Of a stretch of DNA of 64,000 bases, positions 52,137 through 63,880 are shown one piece after another. Positions within the stretch are counted from its first letter, which is position 1, and every line of letters starts with the position of its first letter. The translations under genes were made by a program, and so were the position numbers. The notes under the pieces are model-generated. The model did not search any database. It was given only the letters and a program-made list of their open reading frames with translations, and was not told the DNA's origin. Source of the stretch: Acidobacteriota bacterium (GTDB taxonomy: Bacteria; Acidobacteriota; UBA890; WLXD01); assembly GCA_963666055.2 (NCBI GenBank), contig CAXWPH010000012.1:160001-224000 (forward strand), in the 5' to 3' direction.

Positions 52137-53408
52137 CTATGACGCAGACAGCGCTTGATCCAAGTCGCCGAGAATATCGTCGATATGCTCGATGCCCACG
52201 CAAAGCCGGATCATGTCCGGAGTCACGCCGGCGGCCTTTAGCTCGGCGTCGTTCAGCTGCCGGTGGGTGGTAGACGCCGGGTGGGCGGCGAGTGATTTGG
52301 CATCGCCGATGTTCACCAGCCGTTTGAACAACTCGAGCGCATCGTAGAATTTCACCCCGGCGTCAAATCCCCCCTTGGCCCCGAAGCTCAACAGCGCGGA
52401 TGGACGGCCGTTGGTGTACTTCTGCGCCAGGTCGTAGTACTTCGAGTCCGGCAAGCCCGCATAGTGCACCCAATCCACTTTGGCGTGTCCTTGCAGAAAC
52501 TCCGCTACCGCCTGCGCATTGTCCACATGCCGCTCCATGCGCAGCGGCAGCGTCTCAATGCCCTGCAAGATCAGGAACGCGTTGAACGGGCTGATGGCCG
52601 AACCGGTATTGCGCAGCGGCACAGTCCGCGCTCGTCCGATATACGCGGCCGGGCCTAGGGCGTCGGTATAGACGACGCCGTGATAGGAGGGCTCAGGCTG
52701 GGTGAGGCCCGGGAACTTGTCGGCATGATCGGCCCATGGAAAGTTCCCGCTATCGACGATCAGGCCGCCAAGCGAGTTACCGTGGCCGCCCATGTACTTG
52801 GTCAGCGAGTGCACAACGATGTCGACGCCGTAGTCGATCGGCTTGAGCAGCGGGGGCGGAGCCACCGTGTTGTCCACGATGACCGGAATACCGTGTTCGT
52901 GCGCCATCGTCGAGATCGCTTCGATGTCGGCAATATTGCCGGCGGGGTTGCCGATGGTCTCCGCGAAAACCGCAACCGTCTTGTCGTCGATCAGCTTTTC
53001 CAAATTGGCAGAGCTGTCGTCTTCCGCAAAGCGCACTTCAATGCCTTGCTTGGGCAACATGTGGGCAAATAGCGTGTAGGTACCGCCATACAGAAGGGGC
53101 ACGGAGACCACGTTGTTGCCGGCTTCGGCAATGTTGAGAATCGAATAGTTGGTCGCGGCTTGACCGGAGCTCACGGCCAGACCCGCGACGCCCCCCTCCA
53201 GTGCCGCAACGCGTTGTTCGAGCACATCCGCCGTGGGATTCATGATGCGGGTATAAATGTTACCCGGAACGGCAAGATTAAAGAGATCGGCCCCGTGCTG
53301 CGCATTGTCAAACTCGTAGGCCACGGTTTGATAGATCGGTACCGCCACCGCTTTGGTTGTCGGGTCGGTTGTATAGCCGGCATGTATGGCCAGCGTTTCG
53401 TCCTTCAT
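52137..53408 (-). CDS. metY: O-acyl-homoserine aminocarboxypropyltransferase (sulfhydrylase)
   Basis: PIYQT, YTRIMNPT, VHSLTKYMGGHG (PLP Lys), NIGDAKSL, HPASTTH. Confidence 0.96.
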   Translation of the reverse strand: MKDETLAIHAGYTTDPTTKAVAVPIYQTVAYEFDNAQHGADLFNLAVPGNIYTRIMNPTADVLEQRVAALEGGVAGLAVSSGQAATNYSILNIAEAGNNVVSVPLLYGGTYTLFAHMLPKQGIEVRFAEDDSSANLEKLIDDKTVAVFAETIGNPAGNIADIEAISTMAHEHGIPVIVDNTVAPPPLLKPIDYGVDIVVHSLTKYMGGHGNSLGGLIVDSGNFPWADHADKFPGLTQPEPSYHGVVYTDALGPAAYIGRARTVPLRNTGSAISPFNAFLILQGIETLPLRMERHVDNAQAVAEFLQGHAKVDWVHYAGLPDSKYYDLAQKYTNGRPSALLSFGAKGGFDAGVKFYDALELFKRLVNIGDAKSLAAHPASTTHRQLNDAELKAAGVTPDMIRLCVGIEHIDDILGDLDQALSAS

Positions 53409-53480
53409 GTGAATCTTCTCTCCCTTGTCAGTTACCTGTGTCGTCGACGATAGCGAAATCACCTGCGGATGGTTGGCGAG

Positions 53481-54560
53481 TCAACGGGAACCAAGCCCAA
53501 GGCCGAGCGGGTCCTTCGCGTCTACCCCAGAGGCGAACGGCCGACGACGATCATGGTTCGTGTACTGGTAAACCAGTCCGAGCCAGTTGTTGAAAATGGC
53601 TTTGCCGGTATCGTTCCAGGTGTTGTCTAGATGGGGCGTTAGCTCCACCTCCGGGAACTCTGGAACGGCGTCCCCGGTGTTCTTGGCTTGCATCGCACTG
53701 CGCAGATAGGCCTCGGCAATATCGACGGCCGCGTCGTTGAAGTAGTTCTCGGGATATGGGGGCGGCGCGTCGACCTCGTCGTTGAGAAATCGAAACACCT
53801 CACGTTTGTATTCCTTGAGCAGACTATTGGAATCGTATTCGGGATGCCCCTGCATGTAGACGATGCGGAATTGGTCCGGGCTGGCCGCCATGTGTACTCC
53901 TGCTACCTCGCTTTCCACCAGGGTCTTCAGACCTGCCGCTTCCAGTTCGTCGCGCCGCACCTCGTTCCAACGAGAGTGCGGCACATCAAAGCGGGTGTTG
54001 ATGTCTTGCATGAGCGGATGATGTCTATCCAGCACTTGATGGCTAAACACTCCCCAACGTTTGCACGGCAACCGATGCCGGTCGATCTGATGCAGATGTT
54101 TGACCAGTGCATGGGTAGACAAGCATGAGCACAAGACGCTGGTGACGTTCTCAGCGGCCCACGCAATGACGTCCTGTAGTGGCTTCCAGAACGGTTCCAG
54201 TTGGATTGAAGGGCTGGTGACGTTGGCCCCCGAGATAATGAGGGCATCGAGGCCCGCTTCGCGCAACTGGTCGAAGCTGGTGTAATGGTTGTCTATGTAG
54301 GCCTCGGCCTCGGCGCTACGCGGTAGACCGGAAACCGAGAAGGGATGGACGTAGAATTGCGCAATCTTGTTGGAGCTACCGATGAGCCGCATGTACTGCT
54401 GCTCGGTGACCCTCAAAGCGGCATCCGGCATCATGTTCAGCAGGCCAACATGAAGCTCCCGTATGTCTTGCGACAGCGCCCGCTCCAAGCTGAGAACCTC
54501 CTGTCCTCGCGCTCGCAAGCGATCAAAAGTCGGCAGCTTAGAATGGGCGACCAGCGGCAT
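53481..54560 (-). CDS. metA: homoserine O-acyltransferase, MetA family
   Basis: MPLVAH, QDIRELHVGLLNMMPD, PHSR, GHPEY. Confidence 0.95.
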   Translation of the reverse strand: MPLVAHSKLPTFDRLRARGQEVLSLERALSQDIRELHVGLLNMMPDAALRVTEQQYMRLIGSSNKIAQFYVHPFSVSGLPRSAEAEAYIDNHYTSFDQLREAGLDALIISGANVTSPSIQLEPFWKPLQDVIAWAAENVTSVLCSCLSTHALVKHLHQIDRHRLPCKRWGVFSHQVLDRHHPLMQDINTRFDVPHSRWNEVRRDELEAAGLKTLVESEVAGVHMAASPDQFRIVYMQGHPEYDSNSLLKEYKREVFRFLNDEVDAPPPYPENYFNDAAVDIAEAYLRSAMQAKNTGDAVPEFPEVELTPHLDNTWNDTGKAIFNNWLGLVYQYTNHDRRRPFASGVDAKDPLGLGLGSR

Positions 54561-54720
54561 GCTCGCTTCCCTACCTGCGGTGGCTTGGCGCCAGAAGTCA
54601 GCAGTCCTTGGCCAGACTACAGGAACCCGACCACCCACACGCGGAGGCCGTCACGCCAGGCAGCCGGCAGCGGGAACCCGGATCTCGAGTTCCGCGGCGA
54701 AGAGCATCGAACGGTCTAGA

Positions 54721-55455
54721 TCACGGGCCGCCCAGCGCAACAGCGTGCCACACATGCATCTGGCCGCCGACATCTGTCCGTGGGCTGGCCAGTACCGCCG
54801 GGTGGCCGATCATCGGCACGAAGCCGGCCCACGGTGTCGGGTCACGAAAAGCCAGATACCAGGCACCGGTGCCGCCGTCCGACACCCCCACCACGTGCAC
54901 ACGGTTCTCGTCGACGTTGTAGATCAGCTTCAGACGCTCCAGTATTCCCGCAAGGCTGGCAAGCTGGCTTTCTTGCCACCACTTGGACGCGCCCCAAGCG
55001 GCGGGAAACACGGCGATGTGGTTGTTGCTCGCCAGCCGGTCTGGATCACGCCACCAGTCGCCGTTGGTCGGCAACTCGCGACGCGCAACGCCGCCGTGCA
55101 GATAGACGCGTACCGGGTAACGCGCCTCGGGGTCGTAACCATCTGGCACCAGCACCAGATAGGGGTGCTCGAGGCCACCAACGCGGTGGCTCCCCTGTAC
55201 TCGACCCGTGGCAACCTGGCTCCCGTAGCGAGGGCCAGCTTCGAGCGCGGCGAAGATCTCGTCAAAAGAACCCGTCTCAGCCAAGTGGTCCGCGACTGCC
55301 AGGCGGTGGGCCAAGTCGCCCTGCCAGATCTCCGAGGCGACATCGACGCCCTGCCGAGCATCGGTCGGCGATCCAGCCGAAGCTGCCGCGACCAGCAAGG
55401 CGGCAAGGATGCCGCCGAGTCTCTTGGGCCAACCGAGCCGTCCGCTTCTCGTCAT
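54721..55455 (-). pseudogene. secreted esterase/peptidase-like protein, apparently 3'-truncated
   Basis: Signal peptide, YLHGG, VDENRVHVVGVSDGG; ends ~40 aa after the nucleophile, before Asp/His. Confidence 0.6.
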
Positions 55456-55491
55456 CGAGCGCTTCCGCAGGGAGATATGTCGACAGGCGCT

Positions 55492-55768
55492 TAACAGGGT
55501 GCTGAAAAACTCTGATGGGTCTGGCGGGTGGGTCTTGCTGGCGAGATCAAGGAAGAGCGACGAGGGCGATGCCAGGGTCATCGTCGAGGAGCTCTGACGC
55601 TGAGATCGCCAGCAAGACCCACCCGCCCAACGGGTTACGGCGTCGTGGAGCCATCTGCAGCGTTGGCCCTCCTGGACGATACGACAAGCATCGCCCGCGT
55701 CGCGCCGCCTTGCATCTGGCTCCACGACGCCGTAACCAGACCCACCAGAGTTCTTCAGCACCCTGTTA
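55492..55768. mobile_element. MITE-like element, long copy (two internal palindromic modules)
   Basis: TIR TAACAGGGTGCTGAAAAACTCTG / CAGAGTTCTTCAGCACCCTGTTA; near-identical to 63703-63880 plus ~100-bp insert. Confidence 0.88.
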
Positions 55769-55865
55769 GTGTATTGAAGCGCAACCAGGGTAGACTGCGT
55801 GACCAGTGATCGGCCGCCGGTCGCGGACCCCACCCAGGCGCCGCAACGTTGGAGCGAGGAATTCG

Positions 55866-57242
55866 ATGACCTTGCGCACCGTGACGCTCGAGATTCTAGT
55901 GATGCTGCTGGCATTCTTGCCGGCCAACGGTCATGCACAGCAAGACCAGGGCGGGTTGCAGATCGGCCGCCCCTTCCCGGACATCGCGCTGCCAGACCTG
56001 GACGGCAACCGTCGCAGCGTTGCCGACTTTCGTGGCCACAAGCTGATCCTGCATGTGTTCGCCTCGTGGTGAGCTGGCTGCCGCGTGCACGTGCCCGGGT
56101 GGCACGAAGCGACGAAGGCGTGGCAGGCGGCCGGCGACGTACAGATGCTCGGCATCGTTCAGGAACAGCATCCGGAACGAGCGCGCCTGTTCATGCAATG
56201 GAAGGAGATGGATTGGCCGGTGCTGGTCGACTCTCTCGATCTGCTCGAGATCCAGGTCGTTCCGCTGACCTTCGCGATCGACGAGCACGGCATCATCCGA
56301 CAGATCCATCCGCCGCTGGATCGTCCGGATGAGCTGCGGCGTACGTTCGTGGATGTGCAGTTTGAGCCGCTAGACAACACGGCGTCGACGTCGATGGCGC
56401 CACCCGACCTACATCGTCAGCGGGCCCACGATCTGTACCGCTGGGGTGACGACACCCAGATCGACGCCATCGTCGATGCATTCAAGACCGCCGCCAGCGA
56501 CAGCCCGGAGCATGGCTACGGGCTGTTCCGCACCGGCGTGGCATACCGACGCCGGCACGACTCAACCGCGGCGCACCTCGGTGACTTCCAGCGCGCCGTG
56601 CACTACTGGGAGGCTGCGCTAACGGTCGATCCTAACAACTACATCTGGCGCCGCCGCATCCAGCAGTACGGCCCACGGCTCGACAAACCCTACCCGTTCT
56701 ACGATTGGGTGCCGACAGCCCGCACCGAGATCGCCGCCCGCGGAGACGTGCCAGCGAGCCTGGCTGTCGAGCCCGGTGGTGCGGAGTTCGCGCAGCCAGC
56801 ACCAGCCTTCGCTGCCGACGCCACCAAGCCGCCCGAGATTGACGACCGCATCTTGCGCGACGACGGTACTTACATCGTCGCTGAGAGCACGCTCGTCCCC
56901 GGCACCGTTGCGCCGGGTGCCAGCACGCGCGCTCACATAACGTTCCTGCCCAACGCGGCGATCAAGGCGCACTGGAACAACGAGGTCGACGATCTCGTGT
57001 TCTGGATCGAGCCTCCCGACGGATGGGAGGTCGATCGTCGCTTGGTGACGGTAGCCAACCCACCACAAACCGTGAGCCTGGAGCCGCGTACGGTCGAGTT
57101 GGAGATTCGAGCTCCGGGCAACGCTACGAGTGGCGAGATAACCCTTCCTGGGTACGCTCTCTACTACGTCTGCGAAGACGTCAACGGTATCTGTCTCTAT
57201 CGTAGCCAGGACGTTGCGTTACAACTTCGCGTGCAGAACTGA
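55866..57242 (+). CDS. putative exported selenoprotein: TlpA/AhpC-like UxxC domain + helical region + DsbD-alpha-like domain
   Basis: ORFs 55806-56072 and 56085-57242 are in one frame, joined by TGA 56070-56072: HVFASW-U-AGC-R; signal peptide; C-terminal YYVCEDVNGICLY. Confidence 0.85.
56082..56111 (+). promoter_or_regulatory. putative bacterial SECIS element
   Basis: CGTGCC-CGGGT-GGCACG hairpin (56090-56106), G in second loop position, loop ~24 nt after the TGA. Confidence 0.7.
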
Positions 57243-57290
57243 ATGAAGGCCGTCCACCGAGCCACGCGCCAGAGCGTGCGGCGCAGGAGC

Positions 57291-58724
57291 ATGCAAATGT
57301 CGAGGACCTGTGTCTGGGCTACGGTGCTTGTCGCACAGGCAAGCCTTGTGGCCGCCCAAACATCATCTAGCCTCGCCCCGGAGACCATGGAGTTCGTCAG
57401 CGTCGACGCTCCGATCGTCGCGCTGACCGACGTGCAGCTGATCGATGGCACTGGCGGGCCGCCAAAGACCGGCCACACCGTGCTCGTGCGAGACGGTCGA
57501 ATTGCCGCCGTAGGTCCCGCCGACGAAGTAACCATCCCGGCAGGGGCCGAGGTGCTGCAGCTGAGCGGCCACACGGTCATTCCCGGCCTCGTTGGCTTGC
57601 ACAACCACACCTTCTACACATCGCCCGGCGCGAACTACAGCCACATGGTGTTCACGGCGCCTCGCCTTTACCTCGGGAGCGGCGTCACGACGATCCGTAC
57701 CACCGGCACGCTGATGGCCTATAGCGATCTGAACATCAAAGCGCAGATCGACCGCGGCGATATTCCCGGACCGAGAATCCACGCCACCGGCCCCTACCTT
57801 GACAACAGCGCCAACCCCCTCGACACGATCGAGCCGAAGACCGCCACCCCAGAGGACGCCCGCAGGCTCGTGGCCTACTGGGATGAGGAGGGCATCGAGT
57901 GGTTGAAGGCGTACACCAGCATCAGCCGCGAGGCCCTGGGCGCGGCGATCGACGAGGCGCACAAACGTGGGCTCAAGGTAACCGGGCATCTTTGCTCGGT
58001 GACCCACGGCGAGGCGGTCGAGCTCGGAATCGACAACCTCGAGCACTCCTTCATCACGATGAGCGACTTCGTACCCGGCAAGGAGGTCAACGAGTGTCCG
58101 CCCGAGATGAGCGCGACGCTTGCCAATCTGGACATTGCCAGCGATGAGGTACAGGAATCCATCCGCCACATCGTCGCCCACGGGGTGTCGCTGACGTCGA
58201 CGCTGTCGGTGTTCGAGTGGAGGATCCCCAACCGCCCGGACATACATCCGCGGGCCCTCGAGATGATGACTCCGCGGCTGCGCGAGGAGTACGCGGAGCT
58301 TCGCGAACGAACTCGCGAGACCGCCGATGAGCGCGCCTTCATGACGGGGTTGCTGACCAACGCCATGGCGTTCAACCGAGCGTTCGTTGACGCCGGGGGC
58401 GTGCTGGCGAGCGGCGTTGATCCGGCGGGCGGGGCGCTGCCGGGATTCGGCGATCATCGCAACTACGAGCTGTTCATCGAGTCGGGGTTTCGGCCGGAGG
58501 AGGCCATCCAGATCATGACGGCGAACGGCGCCGAGGTGCTCGGCGTGAGCAACGAGCTCGGCACGGTCGCGGTTGGTAAGTTGGCAGACCTGGTGGTGAT
58601 CGATGGCGACCTCACCGCGGACGCAAGCATGATCCGTAACGTGAGCATCGTTTTCAAAGATGGTGTTGGCTTCGACGCCGGTAAGCTGCTCGACTCGGTC
58701 AAGGGCCAGGTGGGGCTGCGTTAG
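57291..58724 (+). CDS. amidohydrolase family protein, exported
   Basis: AGGAG RBS; PGLVGLHNH, GVTTIRTTG, TGHL, LEH, GKLADL. Confidence 0.9.
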   Translation: MQMSRTCVWATVLVAQASLVAAQTSSSLAPETMEFVSVDAPIVALTDVQLIDGTGGPPKTGHTVLVRDGRIAAVGPADEVTIPAGAEVLQLSGHTVIPGLVGLHNHTFYTSPGANYSHMVFTAPRLYLGSGVTTIRTTGTLMAYSDLNIKAQIDRGDIPGPRIHATGPYLDNSANPLDTIEPKTATPEDARRLVAYWDEEGIEWLKAYTSISREALGAAIDEAHKRGLKVTGHLCSVTHGEAVELGIDNLEHSFITMSDFVPGKEVNECPPEMSATLANLDIASDEVQESIRHIVAHGVSLTSTLSVFEWRIPNRPDIHPRALEMMTPRLREEYAELRERTRETADERAFMTGLLTNAMAFNRAFVDAGGVLASGVDPAGGALPGFGDHRNYELFIESGFRPEEAIQIMTANGAEVLGVSNELGTVAVGKLADLVVIDGDLTADASMIRNVSIVFKDGVGFDAGKLLDSVKGQVGLR

Positions 58725-58769
58725 ACCCCCGTCGACGCCACCAATTCTCGTCGCCTCCAAGGAGCGCCC

Positions 58770-60020
<1,251 letters not shown>

Positions 60021-60048
60021 GCGGCACGATCGAGCGTCGACACGACGC

Positions 60049-62265
60049 CTACAGTCGAAGCAAGTAGATCCATTTGACGATCAGGCTACGCTCGCGAAGC
60101 AGCCAGGCGCTCTCGGGGCTGATGGCACGCTCGCTGAACACCACGTAGATGTCGCTGCCAGGTCGGTACGTGTAACGGAGACGCGCGTTGACGCCCAGCT
60201 CGCGACTCACGCTATTCCACTGCACGAGCGTTGACGTCCAGATGCGCGGGTTGAAAATGTAGGTGCCGCGCAAGCGCATTAGCGTGGCATCGAGATCGCC
60301 GGTCGACAGGTGGATGCTGCTGTTGGAGTAGCCGGCGTCCACCAGCAGGTGCCGGCTGGCCTTGAGAAACGCGTCGGCGCCCACATCGGTGCGAGTACCG
60401 CCGAAGAAGCCGCCGCCGCGCAGGCGTAGGGTTGCAAACAGATTCCGGCTCTGTGAGGTAGCGACGCGAAGCTGCCAGTAATTGAACCCGTAGCTCCCGT
60501 TTTCTACCGGCAAAACGCCGGCGACGAGAAACGGCTGCTGCACTACCTCATCAGCGCTCTGCCACCCGAACAACAGCGTATCGTCGGACTCCGATTGGAT
60601 CGTCAGGCTCTCCTCCCAGACCCGCGTCTCGAGAATACCCTGCAGATCCTCGACGTAGTCGAGCTCCGTGCGCAGGTAGATCTTGCGAATGCCGAGTCGT
60701 CCCGGCCGTGGGCTCACCTGTGCCTTGATATAGCGGCGGTTCATGCCGCGACGCTGCACGAAGCCAACACCGGGGTCGAAGGCGTCACCGACGCGCATCC
60801 AGTCGGTCTCGAAACCCAGCAGGTCATTCTCCAGCAGCACATGCGCCCGGTACGCGGACGAGCTCTCGCCGGCCCGATCGTCGCTGCTGCGCACCCAGAA
60901 CAGGTCGGCCTTGTTACGCGCCCCAAACGCCACGTTGGCGTCGAGTCCGAACACCTGGTTGGCGGTGTCGGTGCCACTGGAACGGCGATCGGTGAAGAGC
61001 ATCCCGACGCTTGACCGACCGAAGACGTCTCGCTTGATGCGCACTGCCGAGAAGTCGTTGCGCTCGTATTGCCCCTCCGCCGCAGTGCGCAATCCCAGCA
61101 CACCGACGCTGTAGCCACCCAGCTTGCCGGTCAGGCGGCCGCCCCCGCCGATCGGCACTGGCACACCATCCTCCAGCCCGATTCTACGACTGAAGAACGG
61201 CAGCACGCGGTAGTCGCCGTTGCGCACGCCGAAATCAAAGATCCCCTGCCCCTCTTGGAAGAACGTGCGCTTCTCCGGGAAGAACAACCCGAAGCGGGTC
61301 AGGTTGATCTGCTGCTCGTCCACCTCGACCTGGGAAAAGTCGGTGTTGTACGTCAGGTCGAGGTTCAGGCTCGGGGTGAACCCGTACTTGAGATCGAGTC
61401 CCGGCTCTACTCCCGACTGCGTGCGCTCCAGCCCTGCCACCTGGGCGCTGGAGTCGATCGACGCATACGGCTTGATCTCCACGTTATGGCCGCCGCCGAT
61501 CCCTTCCAGCCCATCCAGATCGGCGGCCGACGAGAGCTCGCCGATGCCCTGCGACGGATGAGAGTAGGCCGGCGATATCTGGGTCGCGTGCACCCATTCG
61601 TTGCGGTACAAGATGGCGCGCCGGACGTTGATCCCCCAGCGCCCGCCTCCGCTACGGTAGCGAATGCTCTTGAATGGGATCTCCACCTCGGCGGTCCAGC
61701 CTTGTGTGGTGATCTTCGTGGCGACATCCCAGACCGGATCCCAGAACCGGTTCCAGTGGCGCCCCTCGTCCGTACAGGCCCAGTCGCCACGCGTTCCCAA
61801 AGCGTTGAATATGAACTCGTAGCCATTGCGATGGTCGTGAAAGGTATCGAGGATGATGGAGATGGTGTCGTCCTGCCGGTGCATCTGTGGCTGGTCGTAG
61901 CGCAGCTCGTTGGCACGAATCGTGTCCGGATCGCGCTGGTAGACGCGTACGCCGAAGTACAGATCGGTGTCGGTATACAGGATCAGCACCTCGGTTAGTT
62001 CGCTCGCCGGCGCTCCGGTGTTGGGCACCTGCTGAAGGAACTGATCGAAGGGCACCGCCTGGTCCCAGATCCGCTCATCGAGGACGCCGTCGAGCCTCGG
62101 CGCCTCAGCAACACGTGTCGCGTGGAGCACCGTTTCGCCTGCTCCTGGCGACTGAGGCCGCGGCGATGCCTCCGCCGGGCCGGCAGGCGACCCTAGGAAG
62201 GCGACCACCACCGACACTGCGACGCGCTCAGCGCGAGAGCGGCGGAGACGCGCGCATCTCTGCAC
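60049..62265 (-). CDS. CBM9-like / DUF5916 outer-membrane protein
   Basis: PRLDGVLDE, DTFHD, GWTAEVEIPF, NTDFSQVE.D, FFPEKR.FF, FFSRRIG; start uncertain. Confidence 0.85.
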   Translation of the reverse strand: MQRCARLRRSRAERVAVSVVVAFLGSPAGPAEASPRPQSPGAGETVLHATRVAEAPRLDGVLDERIWDQAVPFDQFLQQVPNTGAPASELTEVLILYTDTDLYFGVRVYQRDPDTIRANELRYDQPQMHRQDDTISIILDTFHDHRNGYEFIFNALGTRGDWACTDEGRHWNRFWDPVWDVATKITTQGWTAEVEIPFKSIRYRSGGGRWGINVRRAILYRNEWVHATQISPAYSHPSQGIGELSSAADLDGLEGIGGGHNVEIKPYASIDSSAQVAGLERTQSGVEPGLDLKYGFTPSLNLDLTYNTDFSQVEVDEQQINLTRFGLFFPEKRTFFQEGQGIFDFGVRNGDYRVLPFFSRRIGLEDGVPVPIGGGGRLTGKLGGYSVGVLGLRTAAEGQYERNDFSAVRIKRDVFGRSSVGMLFTDRRSSGTDTANQVFGLDANVAFGARNKADLFWVRSSDDRAGESSSAYRAHVLLENDLLGFETDWMRVGDAFDPGVGFVQRRGMNRRYIKAQVSPRPGRLGIRKIYLRTELDYVEDLQGILETRVWEESLTIQSESDDTLLFGWQSADEVVQQPFLVAGVLPVENGSYGFNYWQLRVATSQSRNLFATLRLRGGGFFGGTRTDVGADAFLKASRHLLVDAGYSNSSIHLSTGDLDATLMRLRGTYIFNPRIWTSTLVQWNSVSRELGVNARLRYTYRPGSDIYVVFSERAISPESAWLLRERSLIVKWIYLLRL

Positions 62266-62276
62266 GGACTTGCGCC

Positions 62277-62813
62277 CTACCGGTGCTCCGGTGCCTGGAG
62301 CGGCACCTCCAACACCACGTCCTCGTCGAGAAAATCGTGCCCGACAGTCGCATGGTGGTAGCCCTTGCCCTGCGTGTTCTCGTAGCTCTGACTCCCCTCG
62401 ACCGGTAGCGGCGATGTGTGCCACACATCGGGGAGCATGCTCATACCGAGAGAACCATCGGAATAGAACGCCACAAAGTCCTCCGGGCGGAGGTTGTTCG
62501 TCGGCTTGGCGAGCAGGAACACGGTAGGTTTGCGATCTGCACCGATGAACGCCTGTGTCGCATCGCTGTGGAAGTTCACGTGGCTGACGTGTGCCGCGCC
62601 CTCGACCAGGGTGGCCACCACGCCTTCGTCACCCACCGCGAGATTCGCGAAGTACAGCTCGTCGCCCTTACGGAGCATCTCCATGCGCTCCGTCACCATC
62701 TCGCCCTCGCGAACCACGGGCTCCACTTCATCGAGGCTGCGAATCACCTTGCCGAAGCCCTCGGCATTCTCGCGCGTGAGTTGCTTCAAAGGAACGCGCA
62801 CCACTCGTGGCAT
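62277..62813 (-). CDS. ureidoglycolate lyase-like cupin
   Basis: LTRENAEGFG, FHSDATQAF, FVAF, PDVWH. Confidence 0.65.
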   Translation of the reverse strand: MPRVVRVPLKQLTRENAEGFGKVIRSLDEVEPVVREGEMVTERMEMLRKGDELYFANLAVGDEGVVATLVEGAAHVSHVNFHSDATQAFIGADRKPTVFLLAKPTNNLRPEDFVAFYSDGSLGMSMLPDVWHTSPLPVEGSQSYENTQGKGYHHATVGHDFLDEDVVLEVPLQAPEHR

Positions 62814-62826
62814 CGTATGGGACCTC

Positions 62827-63657
62827 TCAGACAAAGAAATCGGGGAGCAACTCCCCACCAGGGGTCATCGCATAGGAGTCGAGATCCGTTCCTCCTTCGG
62901 CAGTGAGGATCTCGTCGTCGATCACGAAGTTGCCGGTGAAATCGCGGCTGCTTTTGGTAAGGATGGCATGCGCGGCGTCGGCCATGATCTCGGGCTTGCG
63001 GCACCGCCTTATCGCCTCATCACCACCCAGAAGATTCTGTACCGCGGCGGTGGCGATGACAGTCCGTGGCCAGAGAGCGTTGACGGCGATGCCGTCTTTT
63101 CTGAGCTCCTCCGCCATCCCGAGCACGCACATGCTCATGCCGAACTTCGCCATCGTATAGGCGAGGTGCGGCGCGAACCATCGCGCTTGCATATCCAGCG
63201 GCGGCGAGAGGTTGAGAATGTGCGGATTGTCGGCGTTCTTCAGATGCGGGATGCACGCTTTGGAACACACGAAAGTGCCGCGCGTGTTGATGGAGTGCAT
63301 CAGGTCGTAGCGCTTCATCTCGGTCTGAAGCGTACCCGTCAGACTGATGGCACTGGCGTTGTTGACCAGGATGTCGATTCCGCCAAAGGTCTCGACCGCC
63401 AGTGCCACCGCGGCTTCGACCTGTTCCTCGAAGCGGATGTCGACCTGACAGGCGAGAGCCGCGCCCCCGGCCGACTCTATTTCCTCGGCAGCCGTATGGA
63501 TCGTCCCGGGCAGCTTGGGATGGGGCTCCACCGTCTTGGCGGCAATGACCACGTTGGCCCCGTCGTGCGCCGCGCGCACGCCGATTGCCTTGCCGATGCC
63601 GCGGCTGCCGCCGGTAATGAACAGAGTCTTTCCACTCAGGCTCGATGTCGTTGGCAC
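62827..63657 (-). CDS. SDR oxidoreductase (HSDL2 / citronellol dehydrogenase-like)
   Basis: TGGSRGIG, AKTVEPHPKLPGTI, NNASAI, YTMAK, LWPRT; ORF-track 5' extension is the MITE. Confidence 0.93.
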   Translation of the reverse strand: MPTTSSLSGKTLFITGGSRGIGKAIGVRAAHDGANVVIAAKTVEPHPKLPGTIHTAAEEIESAGGAALACQVDIRFEEQVEAAVALAVETFGGIDILVNNASAISLTGTLQTEMKRYDLMHSINTRGTFVCSKACIPHLKNADNPHILNLSPPLDMQARWFAPHLAYTMAKFGMSMCVLGMAEELRKDGIAVNALWPRTVIATAAVQNLLGGDEAIRRCRKPEIMADAAHAILTKSSRDFTGNFVIDDEILTAEGGTDLDSYAMTPGGELLPDFFV

Positions 63658-63702
63658 TCGACGACTTCCTTGTCTCAGGCGACCGGGATCAGGAGAGGAG
63701 TT

Positions 63703-63880
63703 TAGCAGGGTGCTGAAAAACTCTGATGGGTCTGGCGGGTGGGTCTTGCTGGCGAGATCAAGGAAGAGCGACGAGGGCGATGCCAGGGTCATCGTCGAGG
63801 AGCTCTGACGCTGAGATCGCCAGCAACCCCCACGCGCCCAACGGGTTACAGACCCACCAGAGTTCTTCAGCACCCTGCTA
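63703..63880. mobile_element. MITE-like element, short copy (one module)
   Basis: TIR TAGCAGGGTGCTGAAAAACTCTG / CAGAGTTCTTCAGCACCCTGCTA. Confidence 0.88.

Noticed and set aside
54561-54720. SAM or other riboswitch upstream of metA
   Set aside because: No SAM-I/II/SAH consensus elements recognised by eye; an Rfam scan would settle it.
57240-57245. Terminal TGA of the selenoprotein in frame with the next ORF (possible fusion)
   Set aside because: The amidohydrolase has its own AGGAG RBS and signal peptide at 57291; no Cys-equivalent position or SECIS.
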